Assembly: GCA_963724765.1 (NCBI GenBank)
Contig: CAVRVY010000003.1
Coordinates: 640,001-704,000 of the forward strand
Reading direction: 5' to 3'
Length of the DNA: 64,000 nt
Origin: an uncultured delta proteobacterium
Lineage (GTDB): Bacteria > Desulfobacterota > Binatia > Binatales > Binataceae
In this document: positions 1 through 9,334 of the stretch, one piece after another
How positions within the stretch are numbered: position 1 is the first letter of the stretch
How the letters are laid out: the number at the start of each line of letters is the position of its first letter
Made by a program: the position numbers and the translations under genes
The notes under the pieces: model-generated
What the model was told of the DNA's origin: nothing
What the model saw: the letters and a program-made list of their open reading frames with translations, nothing else
The model's database searches: none

Positions 1-229
1 CTACGATCCGCGCTACGATTGGTTGCTCCTGATCTCTCTATAACATCCGTCAGCTTTCGCCGAAGCAAGCAGGTTCAGTCCGGGGCCGACGCCAGCCCGA
101 CAATGTCCGCACTCCTGCTGGTCGGTGACGATCGTCGAGGCCAGGACAGGCGGTGTAAGCCGCCAAGCGTTTAGCACGCGGGCTGCCAGGCGAATCAGAC
201 CGCACCGGGCGCGGGTTTGCAGGTCAGAG

Positions 230-1345
230 TTACGCGCTCTTATTGGGCGTGAACAACTTGGAGAAGGCCTCGATCGAGGCCGGCGGATGCTGCAAGGTCT
301 GCAAGATCTCGCTCACATGCGCCTGCGATTTCGTCCCGACCAGCGCCACGTTGATCCCGGGCGCCGATCGCACGAATTGCAACGCGCGCTGCGCGTCCGT
401 GGTCAGCCCCTCGAAGGCCTGCGCCATGATCGGCGGCAATCCGCGCGCGAGCCGCCCCTGCAACAGCGAAGCGCTGGCGCATACTGCGATGCCGAAGCCG
501 ACCGCGGCGCGCAGCGCCGTGCCGCGGTGGTCGGGAAGCTGCTGGTTGGCGAGCGTCAGCGCCTCGGGCATCGCCAGGTTAAACGGGAGCTGGATCGCGC
601 GGAAGTGATGCTGACGGCCGGCGATCTCGAACGCGATCTTCACCAGCTCTTCCATCTGGAGGTACTGTGGCTCCTCGGGGCCCAGACGAAAACCGCTCCA
701 GGTCGCGGTGCCATAGAAGCCGATCTTGCCGTCGGCGACCTGCTGCTCCAGGAACTCGAACGCGCGACGCATCCGCTCGAGAAACTCGGGACGTTCGATG
801 CTGGCGAGCTGGGTTTCGGGGTTGTGAATGTAATAGATGTCGATGGTGTCGAGGCCCAGGTTGGTGCGGCTCATCTCGAGCATCGCGCCGAGGTAGCGCG
901 GCGTCATGCAATGCGAGCCTTCGACCAGCTCGCCCGGTCCGACCAGTCCGCTGCTGACGAACTTCTCCTCGAACCACGCCCGCGGATTGGGCGGCATCGT
1001 GCCGTCGAACGTGACGTAACCGCCCTTGGTCGCCACCAGCACTTCTTCGCGGCGCAGTTCGCCGCCGGCGACCAGTTCGCCCAGCACCTTGCCGATCGTG
1101 CGTTCGCCGCGCTGGAAGCGGTAGTTCACGGCGGTGTCGATCAGGTTGATTCCGCCGAGCAGCGCGCTCCGGATGGATTGCGCGTAGGCCTGGTCGGTCT
1201 CCTCGTCCGGCTCGCCCAGGTAAGTGCCGATCCCGACCGAGGAAACGCTCAGCCCGCCAAGCATCGAGCGGAAATTTCCCGGCAGCTCTGCGTGGCGGCG
1301 GGCGTAGGCAAGCGTGCCCTCGGCCGTGGCGCGGTTCTTCAGCAT
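230..1345 (-). CDS. Aldo/keto reductase
   Basis: SSVGIGTY, GINLIDTAVNY, ATKGG and DIYYIHNP AKR motifs. Confidence 0.9.
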   Translation of the reverse strand: MLKNRATAEGTLAYARRHAELPGNFRSMLGGLSVSSVGIGTYLGEPDEETDQAYAQSIRSALLGGINLIDTAVNYRFQRGERTIGKVLGELVAGGELRREEVLVATKGGYVTFDGTMPPNPRAWFEEKFVSSGLVGPGELVEGSHCMTPRYLGAMLEMSRTNLGLDTIDIYYIHNPETQLASIERPEFLERMRRAFEFLEQQVADGKIGFYGTATWSGFRLGPEEPQYLQMEELVKIAFEIAGRQHHFRAIQLPFNLAMPEALTLANQQLPDHRGTALRAAVGFGIAVCASASLLQGRLARGLPPIMAQAFEGLTTDAQRALQFVRSAPGINVALVGTKSQAHVSEILQTLQHPPASIEAFSKLFTPNKSA

Positions 1346-1372
1346 GGCGGATCTCCTTGGCGCGCCGCGGGC

Positions 1373-1777
1373 TCAGGCCTTGGGCGAACTGATTTCGAGC
1401 GGGCTGATATTCGGTTCAAACAGCAGCTGGATAACGTTCCCGTCCGGGTCGCGAATGTAAAATGACGCCGAACCGTCGCGATGGTGGCGCAACGGATGAA
1501 CTATATCCAATCGCTCGGTCTCGGCCCATCGCCATCCCGCTTCCAGTTCGGCGACGCTCGCCACGATGAAGCCGAGATGGTCGAGCGCACCGGCGCTGGA
1601 ATCCCCCGGCGCGCCGCGATGGAGCGCCAGATTGTCGCATCCCGAACTCAGGTAGGCGTTGTCCGGATCGGGTTGCCATACCAGGCGCATCCCGAACACC
1701 CGCGCATAAAACTCGGCCGCGCGAGCGACGTCGTTCACCCGCAGCGCGAGATGGCGCATGCCGCGATTGGTAATCAC
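1373..1777 (-). CDS. VOC (glyoxalase/bleomycin-resistance) family protein
   Basis: HLALRV...FY, DHLGF and FYIRDPDGNVIQL motifs; GTG start overlaps the upstream stop (GTGA). Confidence 0.88.
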   Translation of the reverse strand: MITNRGMRHLALRVNDVARAAEFYARVFGMRLVWQPDPDNAYLSSGCDNLALHRGAPGDSSAGALDHLGFIVASVAELEAGWRWAETERLDIVHPLRHHRDGSASFYIRDPDGNVIQLLFEPNISPLEISSPKA

Positions 1778-2400
1778 TTCAGTTCCTTGCGATAGCCGAG
1801 CACGGCCCACAGCGGATCGGTCTCGCCGGAGCTGCGATCGATCGTCTCTATCTTCTCGAAGGCCGCGCTGCGGGTAAAGTAGTAGCCCACCAGGTCCACC
1901 CGCTGCTGCTCGCTCGCGTTCGCCCAGATCGCCACCGCCTTGGTCGGAAACATCCGGTTGGAAAACGTCACGATGAACGGTGCGCCGGGTTTCAGCACGC
2001 GCCCGACCTCGGCGAAGACCTCCAGCGGATGGATGAGATACTGGACCGAAACGGTCAGCACTGCGCCGTCGAATGATGCGTCGTCAAACGGCAGTTGCGC
2101 GATGCGATTGAGGTTGTGCGTCACGATTTCCGTGAGCGCGGGATTGTCCTCCATTTCGGGCCGGTTCAGGCCGAGCCCGACCATGCGCGCCGGCTTCAAC
2201 TCGAGCGGCAGATGCGATCGCCAGCTACTCATGAGGTCGAGGATCGCGCCGCCGCGCGGGAGACGGCTTAAGTAAATCTCGCCGGCGCTCCTGACGGCGG
2301 CGTCATCGATATGCACGACGAAGCGCGGCGTGAGATAGAACAACTCGTCGTCGGAGTCATCGAGACGGCGGAAAAACTCAGGCTGAAGACGGGTCGGCAT
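1774..2400 (-). CDS. Class I SAM-dependent methyltransferase
   Basis: ILDLMSSW, LPFDDASFD and VLKPGA motifs. Confidence 0.88.
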   Translation of the reverse strand: MPTRLQPEFFRRLDDSDDELFYLTPRFVVHIDDAAVRSAGEIYLSRLPRGGAILDLMSSWRSHLPLELKPARMVGLGLNRPEMEDNPALTEIVTHNLNRIAQLPFDDASFDGAVLTVSVQYLIHPLEVFAEVGRVLKPGAPFIVTFSNRMFPTKAVAIWANASEQQRVDLVGYYFTRSAAFEKIETIDRSSGETDPLWAVLGYRKELK

Positions 2401-2500
2401 CGCAAAATTATCCCGTATCGGCCGAATTTAGCGCAATGGTACGATTTATCAGCGAAAACAACAACTTATGATCAATTGGTGGCAAGAAAGAACAATCGCG

Positions 2501-2540
2501 TTGACAGAAACGGACCCTGGCGCCTAGAGTAAAACGTTTT
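2501..2540 (+). promoter_or_regulatory. Putative sigma70 promoter of IclR with downstream palindrome
   Basis: TTGACA-18nt-TAGAGT followed by the palindrome AAAACGTTTT. Confidence 0.5.
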
Positions 2541-2595
2541 TCCAAATCGGCTCGATCCGTTGCTCTATCACGGCGGCGTTCGAGGAGAGTTCGCC

Positions 2596-3378
2596 ATGGT
2601 CAGGCGCAACAAAACCAACTACGTCATCCAGTCAGTTGCCCACGCTCTGGACGTGCTCGAACAGTTCTTTGGCGAGGTCGATGAACTCGGCGTCACTGAA
2701 CTTTCCAAGCGCCTGAAGCTGCACAAGAACAACGTCTTCCGTCTGCTCGCCACCCTGGAGGCGCGCGCCTATATCGAGCAGAACCGGGCGACCGAGAACT
2801 ACCGCCTGGGAATCAAGTGTCTGCACCTGGGACGCCGCTATATCGACCACATGGGACTGGTGCGGCAAGCGCGCCCGATTCTCTCCGACGTCGCGCATCG
2901 CTGCCGCGAGAGCACTTTCGTCGCGATCATGCGCCGCGAGGGCGTGGTGCCGCTGGAATCGGCCGAGCCGGGCGACCGCATGGTGCGGATTACGTCGCCG
3001 CTCGGCCAGGCGCTGCCGCTGCATTGCACGGCGGTCGGCAAGGTCCATCTCGCCTTCGACCTCGAGCAGCAGTTGCGCGCCGATCTGCCCGAGCAGCTCC
3101 CGCGTTTCACCGACCGCACAATCGTGGACCGCGCGATGCTTTTCGAGCAGCTCGATTCGGTGGCGCGCGACGGCTTCGGAATGGAAACGTGCGAGTTCTT
3201 CGAGGACGTGTCGTCGGTTGCGGTGCCGATTCGCGACTATACGCGCAGCGTCGTCGGATCACTCGCGGTTGCCGGGCCGGCCTACCGCATCGGAATCGAG
3301 CGCATCAACACGGAGATTGCGCCGCTAATCATGGAAGCCGGCCGCGAACTTTCGCATCGCCTCGGCTACAACGAGTAA
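2596..3378 (+). CDS. IclR-family transcriptional regulator
   Basis: N-terminal HTH (QSVAHALDVLE...VFRLLATL), PLHCTAVGK and VAVPI; RBS GAGGAG before the ATG. Confidence 0.93.
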   Translation: MVRRNKTNYVIQSVAHALDVLEQFFGEVDELGVTELSKRLKLHKNNVFRLLATLEARAYIEQNRATENYRLGIKCLHLGRRYIDHMGLVRQARPILSDVAHRCRESTFVAIMRREGVVPLESAEPGDRMVRITSPLGQALPLHCTAVGKVHLAFDLEQQLRADLPEQLPRFTDRTIVDRAMLFEQLDSVARDGFGMETCEFFEDVSSVAVPIRDYTRSVVGSLAVAGPAYRIGIERINTEIAPLIMEAGRELSHRLGYNE

Positions 3379-3519
3379 CGCTACCTCGACCCTGTTTGAC
3401 CTGCCCCGTGGGCCATTGTTAGTTTCGTTGCCGCCCCAGCGATTCCGTGCGAGCGCTGGCGGCGCCTGTCAGCCACCATCTTGGAATGTTCGGCTGAATA
3501 CACTCGGAGTGAAACTGCC

Positions 3520-4269
3520 GTGAAAATTCTGGCTTCCGTAAAACGCGTCCCGGACCCCGCCACGACCATCCGTATCCTTGCTGACGGCTCCGGAATCGCC
3601 ACCGACAACGTGAAATGGGTGATTAACCCCTTCGACGAAATCGCTATCGAGGAAGCACTGCGGATCAAGGAAAAGCAGGGAGGCGGCGATGTCGCGCTGA
3701 TATCGATCGGCCAGCAGAGCTGGCAGGAGCAGTTGCGCACCGGCCTTGCAATGGGCGCCGACCGGGCGATCCTGGTGCGCACCGACCAGCCGCTCGACAG
3801 CCTCGCGATCGCCCGCGTGATGGCGAAAATCGTTAGCGACGAAAAGCCCGACCTTGTGATCATCGGCAAGCAGGCGATCGACGACGACGCCAATCAGGTC
3901 GGCCAGATGCTGGCCGAGATGCTCGGATGGCCGCAGGCGACCTTTGCCTCCAAGGTCGAAATCGCCGGGACCAAATGCACCGTGGTGCGCGAGGTCGATG
4001 GCGGCCTGGAAACTGTCGCCTTCGACCTGCCGGCCGTTATCACTACCGACCTGCGACTCAATGAACCGCGCTACGCCTCGCTGCCGGGGATCATGAAGGC
4101 GCGCAAAAAAGAACTGAAGGAAATCCCGGTCGACAGCCTCGGGATCGACCTCGCCCCCAAGCTCAAGATAAAGACGCTCGCCGCGCCGCCCAAGCGGCAG
4201 GCCGGGCGCAAGGTCGGCTCGGTCGAAGAGCTGGTCGGTGTACTGCACAGCGAGGCCAAGGTGATTTGA
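3520..4269 (+). CDS. etfB: Electron transfer flavoprotein beta subunit
   Basis: VKRVPD, INPFDEIAIEEA, GKQAID and NEPRYASLPGIMKA. Confidence 0.96.
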   Translation: MKILASVKRVPDPATTIRILADGSGIATDNVKWVINPFDEIAIEEALRIKEKQGGGDVALISIGQQSWQEQLRTGLAMGADRAILVRTDQPLDSLAIARVMAKIVSDEKPDLVIIGKQAIDDDANQVGQMLAEMLGWPQATFASKVEIAGTKCTVVREVDGGLETVAFDLPAVITTDLRLNEPRYASLPGIMKARKKELKEIPVDSLGIDLAPKLKIKTLAAPPKRQAGRKVGSVEELVGVLHSEAKVI

Positions 4270-4350
4270 CGCGCGCGACGAGCGCGGCGCATACAGGCTG
4301 CATCATATCCGCGTCCGCCGGATTGACGGGCGCGCCGGAGTGAATTCGAG

Positions 4351-5328
4351 ATGGCTGACGTACTGGTCTTTGCCGAACACATGGCGGGACATTTCCCCAA
4401 GACGACGCTGGTCGCGGTCAACGCCGGAATCGAGCTGGCGAAAAAACGCGGCGGCGGCAAATGCATCGCGGTAATCGCCGGTGAGAACCTCGACGCCCCG
4501 GCCGCCGAGCTGGCGAAATATGGGATGAGCAAGGTCGTCGTGCTCGACGACCCCAAGCTCGCGCACTACCTGGCCGACCTTTACGCGCAGGCGCTGACCG
4601 CGCTCGCCAAAAGTCTCGGCGCCGAATACGTGCTCGCGACCGCCACCGCCATGGGCAAGGACCTGATGCCGCGGGTGGCGGCGCGGCTCAACGCCCCGAT
4701 GGCTTCCGAGATCGTCTCGATCGGCGACGACGGCACGCTGGTGCGCCCGCTCTACGCCGGCAATGCGCTGGCGACGGTCGAGATGGACGGTCCAATGAAG
4801 GTCGTCAGCGTCCGCGCGACCGCGTTCGATTCGGCCAAGTCTGGCGATTCCGCCGCTCCGGTCGAAAAGGCCAAGCCCGAGCTCGATCCAGCGGGGCTCA
4901 AGATGCAGTTCGTCAGCTTCAACGAGACCAAGAGCGACCGGCCGCAGCTCACCGAGGCGCGAATCGTGGTCTCGGGCGGGCGTGGCCTCAAATCGGGCGA
5001 GAACTTCAAGACCGTGCTCGAGCCGCTGGTCGACGAGATGGGGGCCGCGATGGGCGCGAGCCGCGCGGCGGTCGACGCCGGTTTCGTGCCCAACGATCTG
5101 CAGGTCGGGCAGACCGGCAAGGTGGTCGCGCCCGAGCTATACGTCGCGGTCGGAATCTCCGGCGCGATTCAGCATCTGGCCGGGATGAAGGACTCCAAGA
5201 CTATCGTCGCGATCAACAAAGACGAGGAGGCGCCGATCTTCAACGTCGCCGACTACGGTTTGGTGGCGGACCTGTTCAAGGCGGTGCCGGAGATGGTCGA
5301 GGCGCTGAAGAAGGTCAAGCACTCGTAG
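4351..5328 (+). CDS. etfA: Electron transfer flavoprotein alpha subunit
   Basis: VSGGRG, GASRAAVD, QVGQTGKVVAP and GISGAIQH. Confidence 0.97.
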   Translation: MADVLVFAEHMAGHFPKTTLVAVNAGIELAKKRGGGKCIAVIAGENLDAPAAELAKYGMSKVVVLDDPKLAHYLADLYAQALTALAKSLGAEYVLATATAMGKDLMPRVAARLNAPMASEIVSIGDDGTLVRPLYAGNALATVEMDGPMKVVSVRATAFDSAKSGDSAAPVEKAKPELDPAGLKMQFVSFNETKSDRPQLTEARIVVSGGRGLKSGENFKTVLEPLVDEMGAAMGASRAAVDAGFVPNDLQVGQTGKVVAPELYVAVGISGAIQHLAGMKDSKTIVAINKDEEAPIFNVADYGLVADLFKAVPEMVEALKKVKHS

Positions 5329-5329
5329 C
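5300..5329 (+). repeat. 30-bp direct repeat, copy 1 (etfA 3' end including stop)
   Basis: aggcgctgaagaaggtcaagcactcgtagc is identical to 7322-7351. Confidence 0.95.
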
Positions 5330-5553
5330 CCGTCGCGCGGGCGCCACGAAGCCGTGGGATCGCCTCCCGCCATTTAAAAATGGCCTCTTAAGCCTCGTAT
5401 GAAGCCCCAAGCCAACGCGACCACTAGCCATGCAAGTAGCAAGGCGCGTACGATCGTCCATCATTTGCGAGGGCGGCTCATTGTCCTCCTTTTTCCTCCG
5501 GCCAAAGGCGCAGCCAGCTATTCGCAAATCCAGGGGAGTGATACCTTCAGACA

Positions 5554-5748
5554 GTGGCTGACTTACCTATCATTCTGACGCTGGGAGAAAGCGGCTATAT
5601 CGTAGCCGAATGCCCCATGATTCTGGGTTGCCTCAGTAAGGATCGGACTCGCGACAAAGCGCTGGAGAATATCCGCGAGGCCATCGAACTCTGCCTGGAG
5701 AATCGCGCCGACGAGGAATTGGAGCTGCCCGCCGAGCCTTCACTCTAG
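5554..5748 (+). CDS. Orphan HicB-like antitoxin
   Basis: GYIVAECP..GC....T...ALENIREAIEL HicB pattern; no hicA seen. Confidence 0.75.
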   Translation: MADLPIILTLGESGYIVAECPMILGCLSKDRTRDKALENIREAIELCLENRADEELELPAEPSL

Positions 5749-5750
5749 CT

Positions 5751-5832
5751 CTACAGCTCAAACTCAGCCAGCAGGGGTCGCCATTTGTCGCACCACGGCG
5801 ATGCCGCCTCGAACGCCGCCGATGCGCTCAGG
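5751..5832 (-). pseudogene. Diverged copy of the amidase 3' end
   Basis: Translates LSASAAFEAASPWCDKWRPLLAEFEL*; the amidase ends LRASAAFEAASPWRDKWPPLLAEMGL*. Confidence 0.9.
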
Positions 5833-5850
5833 CAACCGACGAACTGCGTC

Positions 5851-6808
5851 TCAACCTTCCGCTTTCTTGAATTGTTCAAACCACTTCCATAGATCAGGAA
5901 AATCTAGGTCTTTCGGTATCGGATTATTTTCGATGAATTTTGCCTCCATATATTGGTTCCAATATGCCTCCCCCGATCGACGAGGATGATTCGCTATCCA
6001 GGAATCGTAAAAGTCCTTCTGTATCTCGTAGTGATGGGTATGTATGAATTTGTCCCAGTTCTCCCGCGCCTCATCTTCGTCTTGGGTCGGCGCCATGATG
6101 ACAGCGGTCTGCTCCATTTCCCTCTTGTTCTTGTCGCCCCATGCTTCCTGCATGGCTTCAATCGCCTCTTGATCTGTCTTCGGCCCGCTGTATCCGAAAA
6201 TAGTTATCATAAAGGCGTTGGCTAATCCCCATTTCAATTGCTTCCATTCGTTGGCGATCAATAGATCGGTGCTATAGTTCTTTTTCTTGATCGGGTATAG
6301 GAGAGGGACCTTTGTAAACTGGTCACCACAGTGTCTGCATCCAGCGTCTAACGATCCTACCACCCTATCTTTCGGACAATAGCCAACTCGTGTATTGCCA
6401 TGGAGGAAGGCTAATCTTGGCATATTCAATCCAGCGCGACCGTTTCGCAAGTAAGCTTGCAGAAGCAATGGATCCCAGTTGAAGGTCGCGATCAGGTCTT
6501 GCTGCCGCAGAGACAGGACGAGATGATCATAGATCGTCGGGCGGTCGGGAAGCTCGAGTTTATCCAGGTATTCCTCAATTGCATTTTGGATTCGCGCAAC
6601 CTTATCGATTTCATTGTTCTCCCAAAGGTCGCTGAAAATGTCTTCAAAATTGGCTTCCGCGCTTATCCTCAGGTCCTGAAGTAGCGGCCTCAGTTCGACG
6701 ACATCTACGAAATCCTTCATCAATGGAAGAATTCGCCCCGCCTTATCTCCATTTGGTACTTACCTGACTTGCTTCTTCCTCAACGGAGATTTCGAAATCT
6801 GAACTCAT
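5851..6808 (-). pseudogene. SIR2-like protein, low GC, N-terminus disrupted
   Basis: TFNWD, LHG, CxxC and IFGYSG motifs. The upstream MSSDFEISVEEEASQVS is out of frame with PNGDKAGRILPLM and no GAGxS loop is present. Confidence 0.65.
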
Positions 6809-7321
6809 GGCGTTGATCAGTTCCCAGAATGAATCCCCAATGAGGGGGGCACTACACCAGCAAGCCCGGCGCGTCGTCATGGACCGGCCCGCTGACGCTG
6901 CGTAACACGCAACAGTTATTGCGGGTCCAACACGCTCCCGCCGCTCGGCTCACTTAGCCGCCTGCTCGGGTGATGCCGGCTCACGGCGCGATCAGCCGTA
7001 AAGAGCACTCCCTACAGGTCCCAGCTCGGAAGCTCTCGGCTGATTGTTAGCTTCGTCTTGCTCATCGCGGCTACCGAGCCGCGAGACGGCGCTCCAGCAG
7101 GGCGCGAGCCCCGGAGGTTCCTCCAGCAGGCGGTCTATCAGGTCGTCCTTCTCGTCAAGGAGAAAAGCTGAAAAGACGGCTTGCCGGTAACGTTATCACC
7201 GCTGACTCATCACGGCATAACCCGGCCGTATAGCTCAGCTTGGCGTTGGCCTCAGTTAGTGGGCGACTTTCATAACTGGGAACCTCGACCAAAGATATCA
7301 CTGTTTGGTCGCTGACGCGGT

Positions 7322-7351
7322 AGGCGCTGAAGAAGGTCAAGCACTCGTAGC
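7322..7351 (+). repeat. 30-bp direct repeat, copy 2 (orphan etfA tail)
   Basis: Identical to 5300-5329; preceded by degenerate etfA-like gtttggtcgctgac. Confidence 0.95.
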
Positions 7352-7360
7352 TTTAGGCCC

Positions 7361-8809
7361 TCACAATCCCATCTCAGCCAGCAGCGGGGGCCATTTATCG
7401 CGCCATGGCGATGCGGCCTCGAACGCCGCCGAGGCCCGCAACACCATCGGGTCGTCCAGATGGCGTCCGACGATTTGCAGACCCACTGGCAAGCCGTCCG
7501 CCGTCCATCCCGCCGGCACCGTTGCCGCCGGCTGCCCGGTCAGATTCATCGGATAAGTGAACGCGAGGAACTCCGCCGGACGCACGTAGCGCCCGGCGAT
7601 TTTCTCCGGCCCCTGCATGTGAATCGCAAACGGCGGGACCGCGAGCGTCGGCGTCAGCAGGATTTCGTAGTGCGACATGAACTGCGCCATCTTGCGCACC
7701 ATCGACTTACGCATCATGTTGGCGTTGGTGAAGTCTTCCGCCGTCCACGGCATCATCAGCGCGTCCACCAGATGACCCGACATCGGGAAGTTGCGCGCCA
7801 TCTCGCGCATCCCCTTGAGGTCGCTTTCGGCCATCATGAGCGCGAAGAACGCGGCGGATGGATCTTGCCAGTCCGGATTCGCCTCCTCGACAATACATCC
7901 AAGGTCGCGCTCGAAAACATTTATCGCCTGGCCGACGATTCGCCGCACCTCGGGATCGACCGCCGCGTAACCCCAATCGGCGCTGTAGGCGACGCGTAGT
8001 CCGCGCAGATCGCCGCGCAGACATTCCGTCCAGTCGAAATCCGCTTTCGGCAGGCTGTGACGATCGCGCATGTCGGGGCCCGCCGCGACCGACATCAGCA
8101 TCGCCGCGTCGGCGACGGTGCGCGTTAGCGGCCCGATATGCTCGAGCGATTCCCATCCCGAAACGCCGGGGTAGCGTTCGTCTCGCGCTCCCGGGTAGAG
8201 CGGAATCCGGCCCATCGACGCCTTCAGTCCATACAGTCCGCAAAACGATGCCGGAATCCGCACCGAGCCGCCGCCGTCGCTGCCGGTCGCGATCGGACCG
8301 ACGCCCGTCGCCACCGCGGCACCCGCACCGGCACTCGAGCCGCCCGGCGTTAGAGCGGTGTTCCACGGATTACGCGTGGTTTCGAAGACCGGGTTATGGC
8401 CGGTCGGGCTGTAGCCAAACTCCGGAACGTTGGTCTTGCCGATCATGACTGAGCCCGCCGCGCGGATTCGCTCGACCACGACGTCGTCCTCGTCGGGAAT
8501 AAAGTCTTTGTAGGCGAGCGAGCCGGACGTGGTGCGCACGCCCTTGGTCAGAATCAGGTCCTTGTGGCTGACCGGCACACCGGCGAGTGGGCCTACTGGC
8601 CGTCCGGCCATGATATCGGCCTCGATACGTTTGGCTTCGGCGCGCGCAAGTTCGGGAGTCGGCGTGCAAAAGGCATGCAGGCGCGGCTCCAGCCGTTCCA
8701 TGCGGGCGAGCACCGCCTCTATCACCTCGACCGGCGACAGGCGCCTGGCCCTGATATGCGCCGCCAGCGTGACGGCATCCATGCGACAGATTTCGTTGTG
8801 CGTGGACAT
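7361..8809 (-). CDS. Amidase signature family protein
   Basis: GGSSAG, GSDGGGSVRIPAS and KTNVPEF motifs. Confidence 0.94.
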   Translation of the reverse strand: MSTHNEICRMDAVTLAAHIRARRLSPVEVIEAVLARMERLEPRLHAFCTPTPELARAEAKRIEADIMAGRPVGPLAGVPVSHKDLILTKGVRTTSGSLAYKDFIPDEDDVVVERIRAAGSVMIGKTNVPEFGYSPTGHNPVFETTRNPWNTALTPGGSSAGAGAAVATGVGPIATGSDGGGSVRIPASFCGLYGLKASMGRIPLYPGARDERYPGVSGWESLEHIGPLTRTVADAAMLMSVAAGPDMRDRHSLPKADFDWTECLRGDLRGLRVAYSADWGYAAVDPEVRRIVGQAINVFERDLGCIVEEANPDWQDPSAAFFALMMAESDLKGMREMARNFPMSGHLVDALMMPWTAEDFTNANMMRKSMVRKMAQFMSHYEILLTPTLAVPPFAIHMQGPEKIAGRYVRPAEFLAFTYPMNLTGQPAATVPAGWTADGLPVGLQIVGRHLDDPMVLRASAAFEAASPWRDKWPPLLAEMGL

Positions 8810-8967
8810 AGCGGGCGCGATCCTAGGCGTTGCGCTCGCAAATGGTCAAACTGTGCGTGATGGCGCGGCGGATTGAATTCGGCGCGCCGGGGATGATTTA
8901 AAGTTCTAACGGATGCGCCGGCGCGCCGATCAGTTGCGATGTCCGGCGCCCGTAACCGGAGCCTCAC

Positions 8968-9324
8968 ATGAACCTGCAAGTCACCCGCGAAATTCTCTGG
9001 AACATCCCCGTCGCGTTCAGAATCTTTCTTTATGGGATGCTTCTCCCGTTGGCCGCCGCCTTCGTTTACGAAGGGATGCGATGGTACCGGATCGTCAGCC
9101 TCGGCCAACCGGTGGACCGCCTCGATCAACCAGGCCGACTCTTCTGGCTCTTGGTGCACACCGCCGGGCAGGACAAAATGATCCGCGAGACCTGGGGCTG
9201 GATGCATTACGCCTTCTACGTCGGCTTCCTAGGCCTGTTCATCGGCACGACGATCATTTTCTTCAACGACGGGATCGCCGAGGCGGGCCGGATTTTTCGG
9301 TTTTCCCTATTACCTGGGGCATGA
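8968..9324 (+). pseudogene. N-terminal membrane fragment of a CCG/4Fe-4S oxidoreductase
   Basis: TREILWNI start and GWMHYAFYVGF parallel to GWMHFFIFWGF of the next gene; ends abruptly. Confidence 0.65.
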
Positions 9325-9334
9325 TGGAGGTTCT

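Noticed and set aside
125-1465. 446-aa plus-strand ORF (likewise 15861..17351, 37943..39145, 55131..56561)
   Set aside because: Antisense or overlapping shadows of well-supported genes or of the iteron region in GC-rich DNA; Arg-rich and without motifs.
7222-7243. ccggccgtatagctcagcttgg resembling a tRNA 5' end
   Set aside because: No anticodon arm, T-arm or acceptor complement follows.
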